64,000 nucleotides of DNA from Candidatus Omnitrophota bacterium. Lineage in GTDB: Bacteria; Omnitrophota; Gorgyraeia; Zapsychrales; JANLHA01. The notes beneath the pieces are model-generated. The model ran no database searches and was not told the DNA's origin. It worked only from the letters and a program-made list of their open reading frames with translations. Shown one piece after another: positions 36,259 through 45,665 of the stretch. Within the stretch, counting starts at the first letter, position 1. Every line of letters starts with the position of its first letter. Location of the stretch: NCBI GenBank assembly GCA_040753435.1, contig JBFMEN010000058.1:18817-82816 (forward strand), in the 5' to 3' direction. A program made the position numbers and the translations under genes.

Positions 36259-37026
36259 ATGGATGAACGGAAGCGGGTTAGGGTTCTTGATATTTTGGTG
36301 GATGTGATTGATATGGATATTGCAATTGATCGTGTTGAATCATGGATCAGGCAGAGAAAGAAAAGCTATATTTGTGTGGTTCCGGTTTCGACGATCGTTG
36401 AAGCTGTTGATGATAAGGATTATCGCCGGATTATCAACAATGCGGATATGGTCACGCCTGATGGAATGCCTATTGTCTGGAGCGGCCGGTTTAAAGGACA
36501 TTCGAAGATCAAAAGGGTCTGCGGCCCTGATTTTATGAAGAAAATCTGCAAGGATCCTTGTCTTGCTCACTGGAAACATTTTTTTCTTGGGACGACCCCG
36601 GCTACTTTAAAAAGGCTTGAGCGTAAACTCCGCCAATGGAATCCCGATATCCAGGTATGCGGTTCTTATGCCCCACCCGTTGACGAAAAAGCCCGGGCTG
36701 AAGATGAAAGCATTATTGCGCAAATTAACGGGGTCCAGCCCGACATTTTATGGGTGGGGATGGGCGCGCCCAAACAGGATTACTGGATGAAGCTGAATCG
36801 TGAACGGCTTGATGTTCCGGTGATGATTGGAGTGGGAGCCGCTTTTGATTTTCTGGCCGGGGTCAAGCCACGTGCGCCTGAATGGATGCAGCGAATCGGC
36901 ATGGAATGGTTTTTCCGCCTGTGTTGTGAGCCGAGAAGATTATGGCGGCGTTATGTCATTGGAAATGCAAGATTTTGTTTTGAAATGTTTAAAGAAATCT
37001 TCAGATTGAGGAACGTTAAGTCATAA
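36259..37026 (+). CDS. WecB/TagA/CpsF-family glycosyltransferase
   Basis: …ADMVTPDGMPIVW…ILWVGMGAPKQDYWM… matches GT26-family signatures. Confidence 0.75.
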   Translation: MDERKRVRVLDILVDVIDMDIAIDRVESWIRQRKKSYICVVPVSTIVEAVDDKDYRRIINNADMVTPDGMPIVWSGRFKGHSKIKRVCGPDFMKKICKDPCLAHWKHFFLGTTPATLKRLERKLRQWNPDIQVCGSYAPPVDEKARAEDESIIAQINGVQPDILWVGMGAPKQDYWMKLNRERLDVPVMIGVGAAFDFLAGVKPRAPEWMQRIGMEWFFRLCCEPRRLWRRYVIGNARFCFEMFKEIFRLRNVKS

Positions 37027-37280
37027 ATAACGGTATGAATAGTAATTCTGATTTACACCATCCCATGGGAAGTTTCCGTTACAAGAAAAATCCGGCGATA
37101 CCGGAAACCGGTATGTGCGTTTGAAGTTTTGATCCATATGATGATAAATCATTTGGGTAAAGTCAGGGGCTGCGTCCGTTTTGATCCGGAAAGGGTTGGT
37201 GATTTTTGGGGAGTTCCTGAGGCGCGCCAGATTATTATTTTTATCGATTGTTTTTAACCGCGACGAGAAAGGTGGGAAGA

Positions 37281-38120
37281 ATGATCGCAAAGATTGAAGA
37301 CCTGAAAAACAAGGCCGTTGAGATCAGAAAGCGAATGCTCGAGATGTGTATCAAAGCGGAGACCGGGCACGTTACTTCGTCGCTTTCATGCATCGACCTC
37401 CTGGTCGTTTTATATTATAGCGGTCACATGCATCATGATCCCCGCAATCCTGAATGGTCCGAACGGGACCGCTTTATTCTAAGTAAAGGCCAGGCCAGTC
37501 CGGCGCTGTACACCATTCTTGCGGATTGCGGTTATTTTAGCGAAAAGGATTTGGACAGCTTCGCCCAACCCGGAGGAAAGTTCGGAGTCCATCTTCAGGA
37601 CAGTGTTCCTGGGATTGAAATCACATCTGGTTCTCTGGGACAGGGATTCGGCACAGCGGCAGGGATGGCGCTGGGCGCTAAAATGGACCGCGATTTGCAC
37701 CTGGTCTTTACACTACTCGGCGACGGGGAGTGTTATGAAGGATCTATTTGGGAGACGGCCATGTTCGCGGCGCATAACCGTTTGAATAATCTGATCGCTA
37801 TTGTCGACCGGAACTATTTGTGCGTGACGGATTTTACCGAAAATCTGATTGAGCTTGAACCGATGAAGAGCAAGTGGGAGTCGTTCGGATGGGATGTGAC
37901 CTGGATTAACGGGCATTCGATGGAAGAGTTCATGACGGCATTGAATTCTGTCCGGTCCCGTCGTTCCAGCCGCCCGCTTGCGATTATTGCCGATACGGTC
38001 AAAGGGGAGGGAGTCGAATCGTTGTGTTACAATCCGCTTTGGCACGGCATCGCTCCCAAAGGAGCCGCGGCGATACGGGCGATGAGTGAATTTGAAAGGA
38101 GATTCTGCGGATATGAATAA
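37281..38120 (+). CDS. Transketolase, N-terminal (TPP-binding) subunit of a split transketolase
   Basis: …GHVTSSLSCIDLLVVLYY…GQGFGTAAGMALGAKM…LLGDGECYEGSIWE…; an RBS precedes the ATG at 37281. Confidence 0.8.
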   Translation: MIAKIEDLKNKAVEIRKRMLEMCIKAETGHVTSSLSCIDLLVVLYYSGHMHHDPRNPEWSERDRFILSKGQASPALYTILADCGYFSEKDLDSFAQPGGKFGVHLQDSVPGIEITSGSLGQGFGTAAGMALGAKMDRDLHLVFTLLGDGECYEGSIWETAMFAAHNRLNNLIAIVDRNYLCVTDFTENLIELEPMKSKWESFGWDVTWINGHSMEEFMTALNSVRSRRSSRPLAIIADTVKGEGVESLCYNPLWHGIAPKGAAAIRAMSEFERRFCGYE

Positions 38121-39048
38121 TATGAATTCTACCACTCAACGGGACGCGTTCTGGGATACCCTTTATGAAATGGCTCACGAGGACAAATCAATTGTGGTCG
38201 TTACGGCCGATATGGGAGCCCCGGCGCTCGATAAATTCCGTAAGGATTATCCCTCTCAATTTGTCAATGTCGGTATTGCCGAACAGAATGGAATTCTGGT
38301 GGCGGCCGGATTGGCCTTAACAGGAAAGAAGGTTTTTGCTTACGCCATCGCGCCGTTTATTACCCTTCGCTGCCTTGAACAGATCCGCGTTAATGACGCC
38401 ATCATGAAAATTCCAATTAATATAGTTGGGGTAGGGGCAGGGTTCGGATATCAGGATTCCGGTCCGACCCACCATATCATTGAAGACATCGCCGTAATAA
38501 GGTCCATGCCGAATGTCCAGATTCAAAGTGTTTCAGACAGCGTGATGGCGGCTGCTATGCCGAAGTTATGTTGCCAATTATCAACCACCCGCTATATCCG
38601 CCTGGATCGTTTGATTCTTCCGGCCCTTTATGATGAGGGCGCCGATTTTTCAAATGGGTTTGCAGTGTTGAAAGAGGGATCTGTGTATGTGGTAGCCACG
38701 GGAAGCATGGTGCATGTGGCCCTGGAAGTCTCCGGGAGACTGGAAAAGGAAAATTTTCGCCTGGGCGTGATCGACGCTTACCAGATCCCGCTTTCGTTAA
38801 ATTTGACTGATATTTTAAAAACGACCAAACGCGTCATTACCCTTGAAGAACATTTTCTGCCCGGAGGTTTGGGGAGCGCGGTTTGTGAACTTTTGCAGGA
38901 TCAAGAGGTGAATATCCCGGTTAAGCGTATCGGAATCACCCATCAAAAGCAGTATTGTTATGACTACGGCGGGCGCGATGCTATCCGCAAGTATTATGAC
39001 ATTGATCCGGACAGCGTGTTCCTGAAGATTAAAGAATATCTGGCTTGA
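38113..39048 (+). CDS. Transketolase, C-terminal (pyrimidine-binding) subunit
   Basis: …VVVTADMGAPALDKF…QFVNVGIAEQNGILVAAGLAL… plus a C-terminal transketolase_C-like region. It overlaps the N-subunit gene by ~8 nt; the exact start is uncertain. Confidence 0.75.
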   Translation: MNNMNSTTQRDAFWDTLYEMAHEDKSIVVVTADMGAPALDKFRKDYPSQFVNVGIAEQNGILVAAGLALTGKKVFAYAIAPFITLRCLEQIRVNDAIMKIPINIVGVGAGFGYQDSGPTHHIIEDIAVIRSMPNVQIQSVSDSVMAAAMPKLCCQLSTTRYIRLDRLILPALYDEGADFSNGFAVLKEGSVYVVATGSMVHVALEVSGRLEKENFRLGVIDAYQIPLSLNLTDILKTTKRVITLEEHFLPGGLGSAVCELLQDQEVNIPVKRIGITHQKQYCYDYGGRDAIRKYYDIDPDSVFLKIKEYLA

Positions 39049-39211
39049 GAAAATCCAAAATCCGAAATTTGAAGGAAATTTAAAGCTGAAAACAGGAATA
39101 ATTTATTGTTTCTTGAATTTGTGATTTCAGGCTTCCTTCGGATTTCGCCTGCCTGCCGGCAGGGATTTATACTTTCGGATTTAACTTAATTCAAAAAAGG
39201 AATTAGTTTGG

Positions 39212-40693
39212 ATGTCCAGAGATGTTGTCCTCGTAAATCCCAGTAATAAAAAACAGGTTTATGCTACTGTCAGTGATTCTCTTGTCGGAATAGAACCTCC
39301 GCTGTGGACTGCGCTTTTAGCCGCTTTCCTTAAGGAGAGGGGCTTTTCAGTCGCCATTATCGATGCCGATGCTGAAAACTACAGTCCCGAAGAAACGGCG
39401 GACAGGGTCCTGGAATATGATCCGTTGCTGGTAGGACTTGGAGCGATCGGCTCAAACCCTTCCGCGGCTTCCACGCCCAAGATGGCCGCTGTCCGTGCTG
39501 TTGGGCAGTTACTGAAACAACGGGCGCCTGATTTAAGAAGTATCATTTATGGAATCCATCCTTCCGGTCTCCCTGAACAGACCTTGAGGGAGGAACCGGT
39601 TGATTTTCTTTGCCGGGGTGAAGCCTTTTTCCCCTTTGCCGAGTTTTTGAAACGGCTTAAAAAGGGAGACTGCGGGCCGGAGTATGATATTAAAGGGCTA
39701 TGGTATCGTCGAGGTAATACGATTGTGGATCATGGCTGGGCAGACATCGTACAGGATCTGGATTCGCTTCCTTTTGCCTCATGGGATCTTTTGCCAATGA
39801 ACAAATACCGCGCCCATAACTGGCATTGTTTCGGCCACATCAATGAACGTTCTCCATACGCGATGATCCACACAAGTCTCGGATGTCCCTATCATTGCCA
39901 TTACTGCAATATTCACGCGCTTTACGCCGGGAAGCCGGGCATCCGTTATCGGAGTCCTGAAAAGGTGGTGGAAGAAATCGATTTGCTTGTTGAACGATAT
40001 GGAATCAGGCATCTTAAATTCCTGGATGAATTGTTCATCATGAAACATCCGCGAGTCGAGAAGATTTGTGATTTGCTGATTGAGCGGAATTATGGTTTGA
40101 ATATCTGGGCCTACGCGCGCATCGACACGGTGACACCTGAATTACTAAAAAAAGCCAGGGCTGCCGGTATTAACTGGGTTTGTTACGGGATCGAGGCGGG
40201 AAGCAAGAACGTTCGGACCGGCGTATCGAAAGGGAGATTTGACCAGGAGGCGATTGACCGCGCGGTAAAGATGGCTTATGACGCGGGTATGTATATTCTG
40301 GGCAACTTTATGTTCGGCCTTCCTGATGACGACATGAGTACGATGCATGAAACGTTTGAATTGGCGAAAACTATCAACTGCGAATACATCAACTTTTATA
40401 CGACGATGGCTTATCCCGGATCGCCTCTCTATGATGACGCCGTAAAACAGGGACTGCGTCTGCCGGAAACATGGCTGGGTTTTTCCCAATTCAGCCGACA
40501 GACCGTACCGCTGCCGACGAAATATTTATCTCCCGAGGATGTGCTGGGTTTTCGGGACCGGGCTTTTGTCGAATATTTCAGCCGGCCTGAATATCAGGAA
40601 AAAATTCTCCGCATATTCGGGCAGGAAACTGTTGATCACGTAAAGCGCCTGTTAACAAAACCTTTACAACGTGATTTATTGGTTAGCAAATAA
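39212..40693 (+). CDS. B12-binding-domain radical SAM enzyme (class B radical SAM methyltransferase-like)
   Basis: An N-terminal cobalamin-binding Rossmann-like segment (VVLVNPS…LAAFLKERGFSVAIIDAD) is followed by the radical SAM cluster TSLGCPYHCHYCNI. Confidence 0.7.
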   Translation: MSRDVVLVNPSNKKQVYATVSDSLVGIEPPLWTALLAAFLKERGFSVAIIDADAENYSPEETADRVLEYDPLLVGLGAIGSNPSAASTPKMAAVRAVGQLLKQRAPDLRSIIYGIHPSGLPEQTLREEPVDFLCRGEAFFPFAEFLKRLKKGDCGPEYDIKGLWYRRGNTIVDHGWADIVQDLDSLPFASWDLLPMNKYRAHNWHCFGHINERSPYAMIHTSLGCPYHCHYCNIHALYAGKPGIRYRSPEKVVEEIDLLVERYGIRHLKFLDELFIMKHPRVEKICDLLIERNYGLNIWAYARIDTVTPELLKKARAAGINWVCYGIEAGSKNVRTGVSKGRFDQEAIDRAVKMAYDAGMYILGNFMFGLPDDDMSTMHETFELAKTINCEYINFYTTMAYPGSPLYDDAVKQGLRLPETWLGFSQFSRQTVPLPTKYLSPEDVLGFRDRAFVEYFSRPEYQEKILRIFGQETVDHVKRLLTKPLQRDLLVSK

Positions 40694-41821
40694 ATGGACT
40701 TAAACCGGCAGGATTGCCTGAAAAAAACATTTGCTGAAGATCTGCGGATTAAACGGCAATCCGAATTAGACGGGGTGATCGTCGGTTACTGGTCTTATTA
40801 TGAAAATCAATGTCTGAATAATCAGCGGTTCCTGCGTTCAGATTTCGGCACCAATGAAAATTGTTTGAAAAAATACAACGAGCTTTACGCGCGGGGTAGG
40901 GAAGAGAAGATCCATTTCCTGAGCCTCGACTTGATTGACGATTTCTCCAAGGTGGATCTTTTTGTTTTCTCGGACGTTCCGAAAAAGAACAGCCTGCTTG
41001 CCAAGAAGGCTTATGCCCAGAACAAGCCCATGTTTTTAATCCTTGAAGAGTCAGCGGTTGTCTATCCGAGAAACTGGGACTTGAAGAACCATGAGCCATT
41101 CGAGAAAATTCTGACCTGGGATGACAGGTTTGTCGATAATAAAAAATATTTTAAATTTAACCATTATTTTATCGCAACGCGAACAGTTCCCAGAAATATT
41201 GATGAAAAAAAGAAACTTTGCGTGACTATCGCGGCCAATAAAAAGTCGGCTCATCCTCTTGAACTCTATTCGGAAAGGGAACGCGCGATCCGGTGGTTTG
41301 AAAAATATCATCCGGAAGATTTTGACCTTTACGGTTTCGGCTGGGATGAACGGGCTTTTCCTATGGATATCCCGTTGATCAGATTATTAAACGGGCGCAA
41401 GATGAAGTTTCTCCGCAAATATCTCGCGCCGAAGTATCCGTCCTGGAGAGGCACTGTTAAAAAAAAGAGCGATATTCTCGGCCGATACTGGTTTTCGATC
41501 TGTTATGAAAACGCGAGGGATATTACCGGTTATATTTTGGAAAAGATATTCGATTGTTTTTTTTGCGGGACTGTTCCGGTCTACCGCGGCGCCGACAACA
41601 TCGGTGATTATATTCCCAAAGAATGCTATCTGGACCAGCGGGATTTCAAAAATTATGATGAGTTATATGACGTGATGAAGCGCATGTCACGGGAGGAGTA
41701 TCTGTCTTATCTGGACAACATTGAAGCGTTTTTAAACAGCGAAGCGGCCGGGATTTTCTCCAGTGAATATTTTGTCGGGCTTGTTTTGACCGAAATCCGA
41801 AAGTCATTAAATAAAGGATGA
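40694..41821 (+). CDS. GT10-like (alpha-1,3-fucosyltransferase-type) glycosyltransferase, tentative
   Basis: The C-terminal region YWFSICYENARDITGYILEKIFDCFFCGTVPVYRG resembles the conserved FENS…YVTEK…VPVV motif block of family GT10 fucosyltransferases. Confidence 0.45.
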   Translation: MDLNRQDCLKKTFAEDLRIKRQSELDGVIVGYWSYYENQCLNNQRFLRSDFGTNENCLKKYNELYARGREEKIHFLSLDLIDDFSKVDLFVFSDVPKKNSLLAKKAYAQNKPMFLILEESAVVYPRNWDLKNHEPFEKILTWDDRFVDNKKYFKFNHYFIATRTVPRNIDEKKKLCVTIAANKKSAHPLELYSERERAIRWFEKYHPEDFDLYGFGWDERAFPMDIPLIRLLNGRKMKFLRKYLAPKYPSWRGTVKKKSDILGRYWFSICYENARDITGYILEKIFDCFFCGTVPVYRGADNIGDYIPKECYLDQRDFKNYDELYDVMKRMSREEYLSYLDNIEAFLNSEAAGIFSSEYFVGLVLTEIRKSLNKG

Positions 41822-41824
41822 AGT

Positions 41825-42739
41825 ATGGGATTGCTTCCGGGGCATTTGCATATACTCGCGATTGAGCAGGGGAAACGGCCTTGTATTGACGGGGACGTGC
41901 TGACTTTGGGTGAGCAGGCGGTGTATGCGACTTTAAAAGAAGTTCATGAAATTTACCGGCGGCATGATCTGGCGTTAAATGAACTCCCTGATGATTTCGA
42001 TACGGCAAACAAAATCCCCGCCTGGAAACAGACAGTTTATGAAAAGAATACCAATGCCCATGCCGCTTTGACGCTGCTTGGGGCAAGGCGCGTTTATTCC
42101 GTTGATGTGAATGATTATGAGAATCCTGATTTTATTTTTGATTTAAATGATAAAGTTGACAATGCCTTTCACGAAAGGTTCGACGTCGTCTTTGATTGCG
42201 GGACGCTGGAACATGTATTTAACGTTCCCGAAGCACTGAAGAACATTTGCCGTATGCTTAAACCAGGAGGCATGGTCGTCCTGATGAATCCGGCCAGCAA
42301 CGCCGTTGATCATGGTTTTTATTCTTTCAGCCCGACGTTATTCTATGATTTTTTTCAATCGAACGGATTTCAGGAATTCAGTTGTTATTTAATGGAAGTG
42401 AATAATTATAATTACCTGAAAAAGGGACGGGTTTTCCGTTACAAACAGGTCGGGAGGGAATATCCGTTGAACCTCGCGCAAGGCATGGATGTCTGCTTCT
42501 TCGCAAAGAAACGCAAATCGTTGACTGAAGTCGAGTATAACCCGCCGGCCCAATCCGTTTATCCGGCATATTTCTGGAATAAAGAAAAGTATCGAGAAGG
42601 TCTTTTTAAAACGACGAAGATGAAGGAATTATTAAAAAAGATTGAGCTGACCACATCATCCTTCAGACCGGTTTGGATCGACAGGTTGGTGAAGGACAGA
42701 AAGCGGCGAGCCGGTTTGGAGTATCTGGGAAGGTTCTAG
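41825..42739 (+). CDS. Class I SAM-dependent methyltransferase
   Basis: FDVVFDCGTLEHVFNVPEALKNICRMLKPGGMVVLMNP is methyltransferase motif II/III-like. Confidence 0.6.
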   Translation: MGLLPGHLHILAIEQGKRPCIDGDVLTLGEQAVYATLKEVHEIYRRHDLALNELPDDFDTANKIPAWKQTVYEKNTNAHAALTLLGARRVYSVDVNDYENPDFIFDLNDKVDNAFHERFDVVFDCGTLEHVFNVPEALKNICRMLKPGGMVVLMNPASNAVDHGFYSFSPTLFYDFFQSNGFQEFSCYLMEVNNYNYLKKGRVFRYKQVGREYPLNLAQGMDVCFFAKKRKSLTEVEYNPPAQSVYPAYFWNKEKYREGLFKTTKMKELLKKIELTTSSFRPVWIDRLVKDRKRRAGLEYLGRF

Positions 42740-44434
42740 ATGATCAAAGAGGAAATTAAAAAATTCAGAGTTTTGTATCTGATACTGAGGCCTGCGTTCA
42801 GGGCTGGCCGTTATTTAAAGGAACTGACGCGATATTTTTTGGCCAGATTTTTTTCCCGCCCCTATTTTGGGCGTTACATGCTGGCGGGATTGGCATGGCC
42901 GGAGCGTCAGGAGGCCATGAAAAGTTTGTTAAGAAAAGAATTGGCCGCCTCCGGCAAGGAATTCAATATTCTGGAAATAGGGACATGGGCCGGCTCTTCT
43001 GCTTTTATCTGGGCCGGCATTTGTAAAGAAGAGGGAAAGGGCAAAATTTTTTGTGTCGACCATTGGCGGGCTTCGCCAAACAGTCCCGAAGTAATGAAAA
43101 AGGCTGTCAAAAATGACCGCATTTTTAACTTGTTTTTACATAACATGAGAGCGGGTGGGCATGAGAATGTTTTTTCGTTGAGGGGACCCAGTGATGAGTT
43201 GCTGAAAGTATTAAAGCCTGAAAGTTTTGATTTTATTTATGTCGATGGAGACCACGGCTATTCCCAGGCCAGAAAAGATATCCTTAGCGCCGTTTCATTG
43301 TTAAAGGATGGGGGAATTATATGCGGAGATGATTTGGACGTCCATCCAGATTCCGTCGAACAGGAATTTCTTCAACAGCATAAAGAAGAGGATTATGTCC
43401 AGTACCCGTCCACCGGGGAATATTTACATCCGGGGGTAGCGCTGGTCATTAAAGAGATATTTGATGAGGTTGACTGTTGGAACGGGTTTTGGGCTGTTAG
43501 AAAGAATCAATCCGGCTGGGAAAAAACAGGTCTGAAAACAGCCGGCGCCGGTTCTCTTGAAATCAGTGGTTTTGATTTTTTTATTGATCGTGAAAAAGGA
43601 AAGCCTTGTCTGGTTGCTGGTAACGCCCCGAGCATTCAGAGTTTTCCTTTCAACGATTTTAAAGGTGTTTCGATCTTGATGAATTCAGGGCCCGTGTTAT
43701 TGAAAGGGAAAATAGCTCCTGATTATTGGATGTCCGCCAATTATTATTATCCGATCCCTGATAAAGACTTTCATGAGATTAATCGTTATATGAATACGGT
43801 TTTTATTTTTTCAGATACGGCTGTTTATCTTAAAAGAAACTCTTATAACCATTCTTCTATTGATCAGAAATTAAATATCCCCTGGTTCGCTTTTGATGTT
43901 TTTCACAGCAATGGAGAACCGTGCCAGCCACGGCGTGGATGTTGCGAGGTCCTGAAACAGTATCCGGACCGCCTCAGCATTTTTGAATTTTTAAAAAAGC
44001 ATTATCAGACGCGATCGACGATGCCCACGCCGAATACGGCCGTCGTTTTTTCCCTCGCGTTTGCCGTCTTGATGGGCTGTTCTCCGATCTATGTCAACGG
44101 AGTTGAGCTTCCTCAACAGATGAAAGATTACCGGCAGGGCGGATTTTTAGGGTTATGCGGAAGCGCGAATCCTTATGCCAACGGAATATATAATTGGTAT
44201 TTAATCCTTGGCGCATGGATAAAAAAGTGGTTCCTGAAGAAAGAAGCACCTTCTGCATTTGTCGAGAATATCGACGATACCCTTGAAGCCTTTCGTTATT
44301 TATATGATGTCGCCTGTTTCAGGGGGCAGAAGATTTATAATTTGAGCGAGACTTCCTTGCTTGAGAAGGAAAAAGTGTTGCCGTATCTTGATCCGGACAA
44401 GGTTCGTCCTAATCCGCTAAACAGGAAGGGCTAA
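42740..44434 (+). CDS. Class I SAM-dependent methyltransferase (TylF/Methyltransf_24-like) with ~300-aa C-terminal domain of unknown function
   Basis: …FNILEIGTWAGSSAFIWA…FDFIYVDGDHGYSQARKDILSAVSLLKDGGIICGDDL…. Confidence 0.6.
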   Translation: MIKEEIKKFRVLYLILRPAFRAGRYLKELTRYFLARFFSRPYFGRYMLAGLAWPERQEAMKSLLRKELAASGKEFNILEIGTWAGSSAFIWAGICKEEGKGKIFCVDHWRASPNSPEVMKKAVKNDRIFNLFLHNMRAGGHENVFSLRGPSDELLKVLKPESFDFIYVDGDHGYSQARKDILSAVSLLKDGGIICGDDLDVHPDSVEQEFLQQHKEEDYVQYPSTGEYLHPGVALVIKEIFDEVDCWNGFWAVRKNQSGWEKTGLKTAGAGSLEISGFDFFIDREKGKPCLVAGNAPSIQSFPFNDFKGVSILMNSGPVLLKGKIAPDYWMSANYYYPIPDKDFHEINRYMNTVFIFSDTAVYLKRNSYNHSSIDQKLNIPWFAFDVFHSNGEPCQPRRGCCEVLKQYPDRLSIFEFLKKHYQTRSTMPTPNTAVVFSLAFAVLMGCSPIYVNGVELPQQMKDYRQGGFLGLCGSANPYANGIYNWYLILGAWIKKWFLKKEAPSAFVENIDDTLEAFRYLYDVACFRGQKIYNLSETSLLEKEKVLPYLDPDKVRPNPLNRKG

Positions 44435-44914
44435 ATGACTCTTAAAGATATCGATTTGATTGTTTATGACTTTGATGGCGTAATGACGGACAATCGCGTC
44501 CTTGTTTTTCAAAATGGACAGGAAGCTGTTTTTTGCAACCGTTCTGACGGAATGGCTGTTTCTTTTTTAAAAGAGAAAGGAGTCCGTCAGGTTATCCTTT
44601 CGACTGAGGAAAACGGGGTGGTTTCAGCCCGGGCCAGAAAACTTGGCATTGAATGTATTCAGAATGCCCATGACAAGAAAAAAGAACTTGTTGGTTTCGT
44701 CAAAAAAAACGGGATAGATCTTGAAAAGGTTTTGTATATCGGCAATGACCTTAACGACCTTGAGGCGATGAAGGTAGCCGGTTATGCCATGTGCCCCGAG
44801 GATGCCGCGGATGAAATCAAAAATTTAGTTAATCAGGTTATTCCGGAAAAAGGGGGGCATGGTGTTATTCGACGATTATGGGATATTTTAACCACAGGTG
44901 AAAAAGATGAATAG
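44435..44914 (+). CDS. HAD-IIIA sugar-phosphate phosphatase (KdsC / nonulosonate-9-phosphate phosphatase-like)
   Basis: DLIVYDFDGVMTDN carries the HAD motif I (DxDGV). The size is 159 aa, and YIGNDLNDLEAM is motif IV. Confidence 0.75.
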   Translation: MTLKDIDLIVYDFDGVMTDNRVLVFQNGQEAVFCNRSDGMAVSFLKEKGVRQVILSTEENGVVSARARKLGIECIQNAHDKKKELVGFVKKNGIDLEKVLYIGNDLNDLEAMKVAGYAMCPEDAADEIKNLVNQVIPEKGGHGVIRRLWDILTTGEKDE

Positions 44915-45662
44915 GGCGATTTTTATTACAGTGAGAACTGGCTCATCCCGTCTTCCTCAAAAGGCCTTGAAAGAGATTTGCGGTGCGCCGGCCATCGTTC
45001 AGTTGATCAGAAGGGTGAGGCATTCGGTCATGGCAGAAGGGATCGTTCTTTGCACAACAGAGCTTCCGGAAGATGATATATTAGTCGAGATTGCGAAAAA
45101 TGAAGAGATCGGCTTTTTCAGGGGAAGCGTGAAAGATAAATTAATAAGATGGCATGGCGCGGCCAGTCAATTCAAAGTTGAATTTTTCGTGACTGCCGAC
45201 GGGGACGATCTTTTATGTGAACCGGAACTGATCGACCTGGCTTTCCGGCAGTATGAGAGGGAATCGCCCGATTTTATTGAAGGAACAGGGCTTGTCTGCG
45301 GATCATTTACTTATGGGATAAAGGCCTCGGCGTTAAGTAAGGTTTGCGAAATTAAAGATTCAGAAGATACTGAAATGATGTGGGTTTATTTTAAGGACAC
45401 CGGTTTGTTCGAGTGCGCCGAATTGAAAGATGTTCCCGATATTTTTAAAAGACCGGAAATCCGGATGACGCTGGATTATGAGGACGATCTCAGGTTTTTC
45501 AGGACGATCTTCAATCATTTTAAAGGCGGATATGCCGGCCTTCGGGAAGTGATCGAGTATCTGGATCAACATCCCGACGTGATTAAGATCAATCAGTATC
45601 TTCAGGAAAGGTTTCTCGAGAACCAGAAGAAAAGGACAACGTTGATTTTAAAAAGGAAGTAA
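44898..45662 (+). CDS. CMP-sugar cytidylyltransferase (NeuA/SpsF-like, CTP_transf_3 fold)
   Basis: AIFITVRTGSSRLPQKAL… is an N-terminal glycine/arginine nucleotide-binding loop typical of acylneuraminate/KDO cytidylyltransferases. Confidence 0.65.
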   Translation: MKKMNRAIFITVRTGSSRLPQKALKEICGAPAIVQLIRRVRHSVMAEGIVLCTTELPEDDILVEIAKNEEIGFFRGSVKDKLIRWHGAASQFKVEFFVTADGDDLLCEPELIDLAFRQYERESPDFIEGTGLVCGSFTYGIKASALSKVCEIKDSEDTEMMWVYFKDTGLFECAELKDVPDIFKRPEIRMTLDYEDDLRFFRTIFNHFKGGYAGLREVIEYLDQHPDVIKINQYLQERFLENQKKRTTLILKRK

Positions 45663-45665
45663 GGC

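Noticed and set aside
37021-37290. 89-aa minus-strand ORF across the 254-bp gap upstream of the transketolase N-subunit gene; possible TPP riboswitch in the same gap
   Set aside because: The ORF has no RBS or features and overlaps the transketolase start. I looked for TPP-riboswitch hallmarks (CUGAGA … ACCUGAUCUGGAUAAUGCCAGCGUAGGGAA order); the pieces present (ctgagg, ggggctgcg) are in the wrong order and incomplete.
39152-39163. Perfect 12-bp palindrome CCTGCCGGCAGG between the transketolase C-subunit and B12-rSAM genes
   Set aside because: It could be a weak terminator or operator, but there is no adjacent U-tract and no second copy, so it is too little to call.
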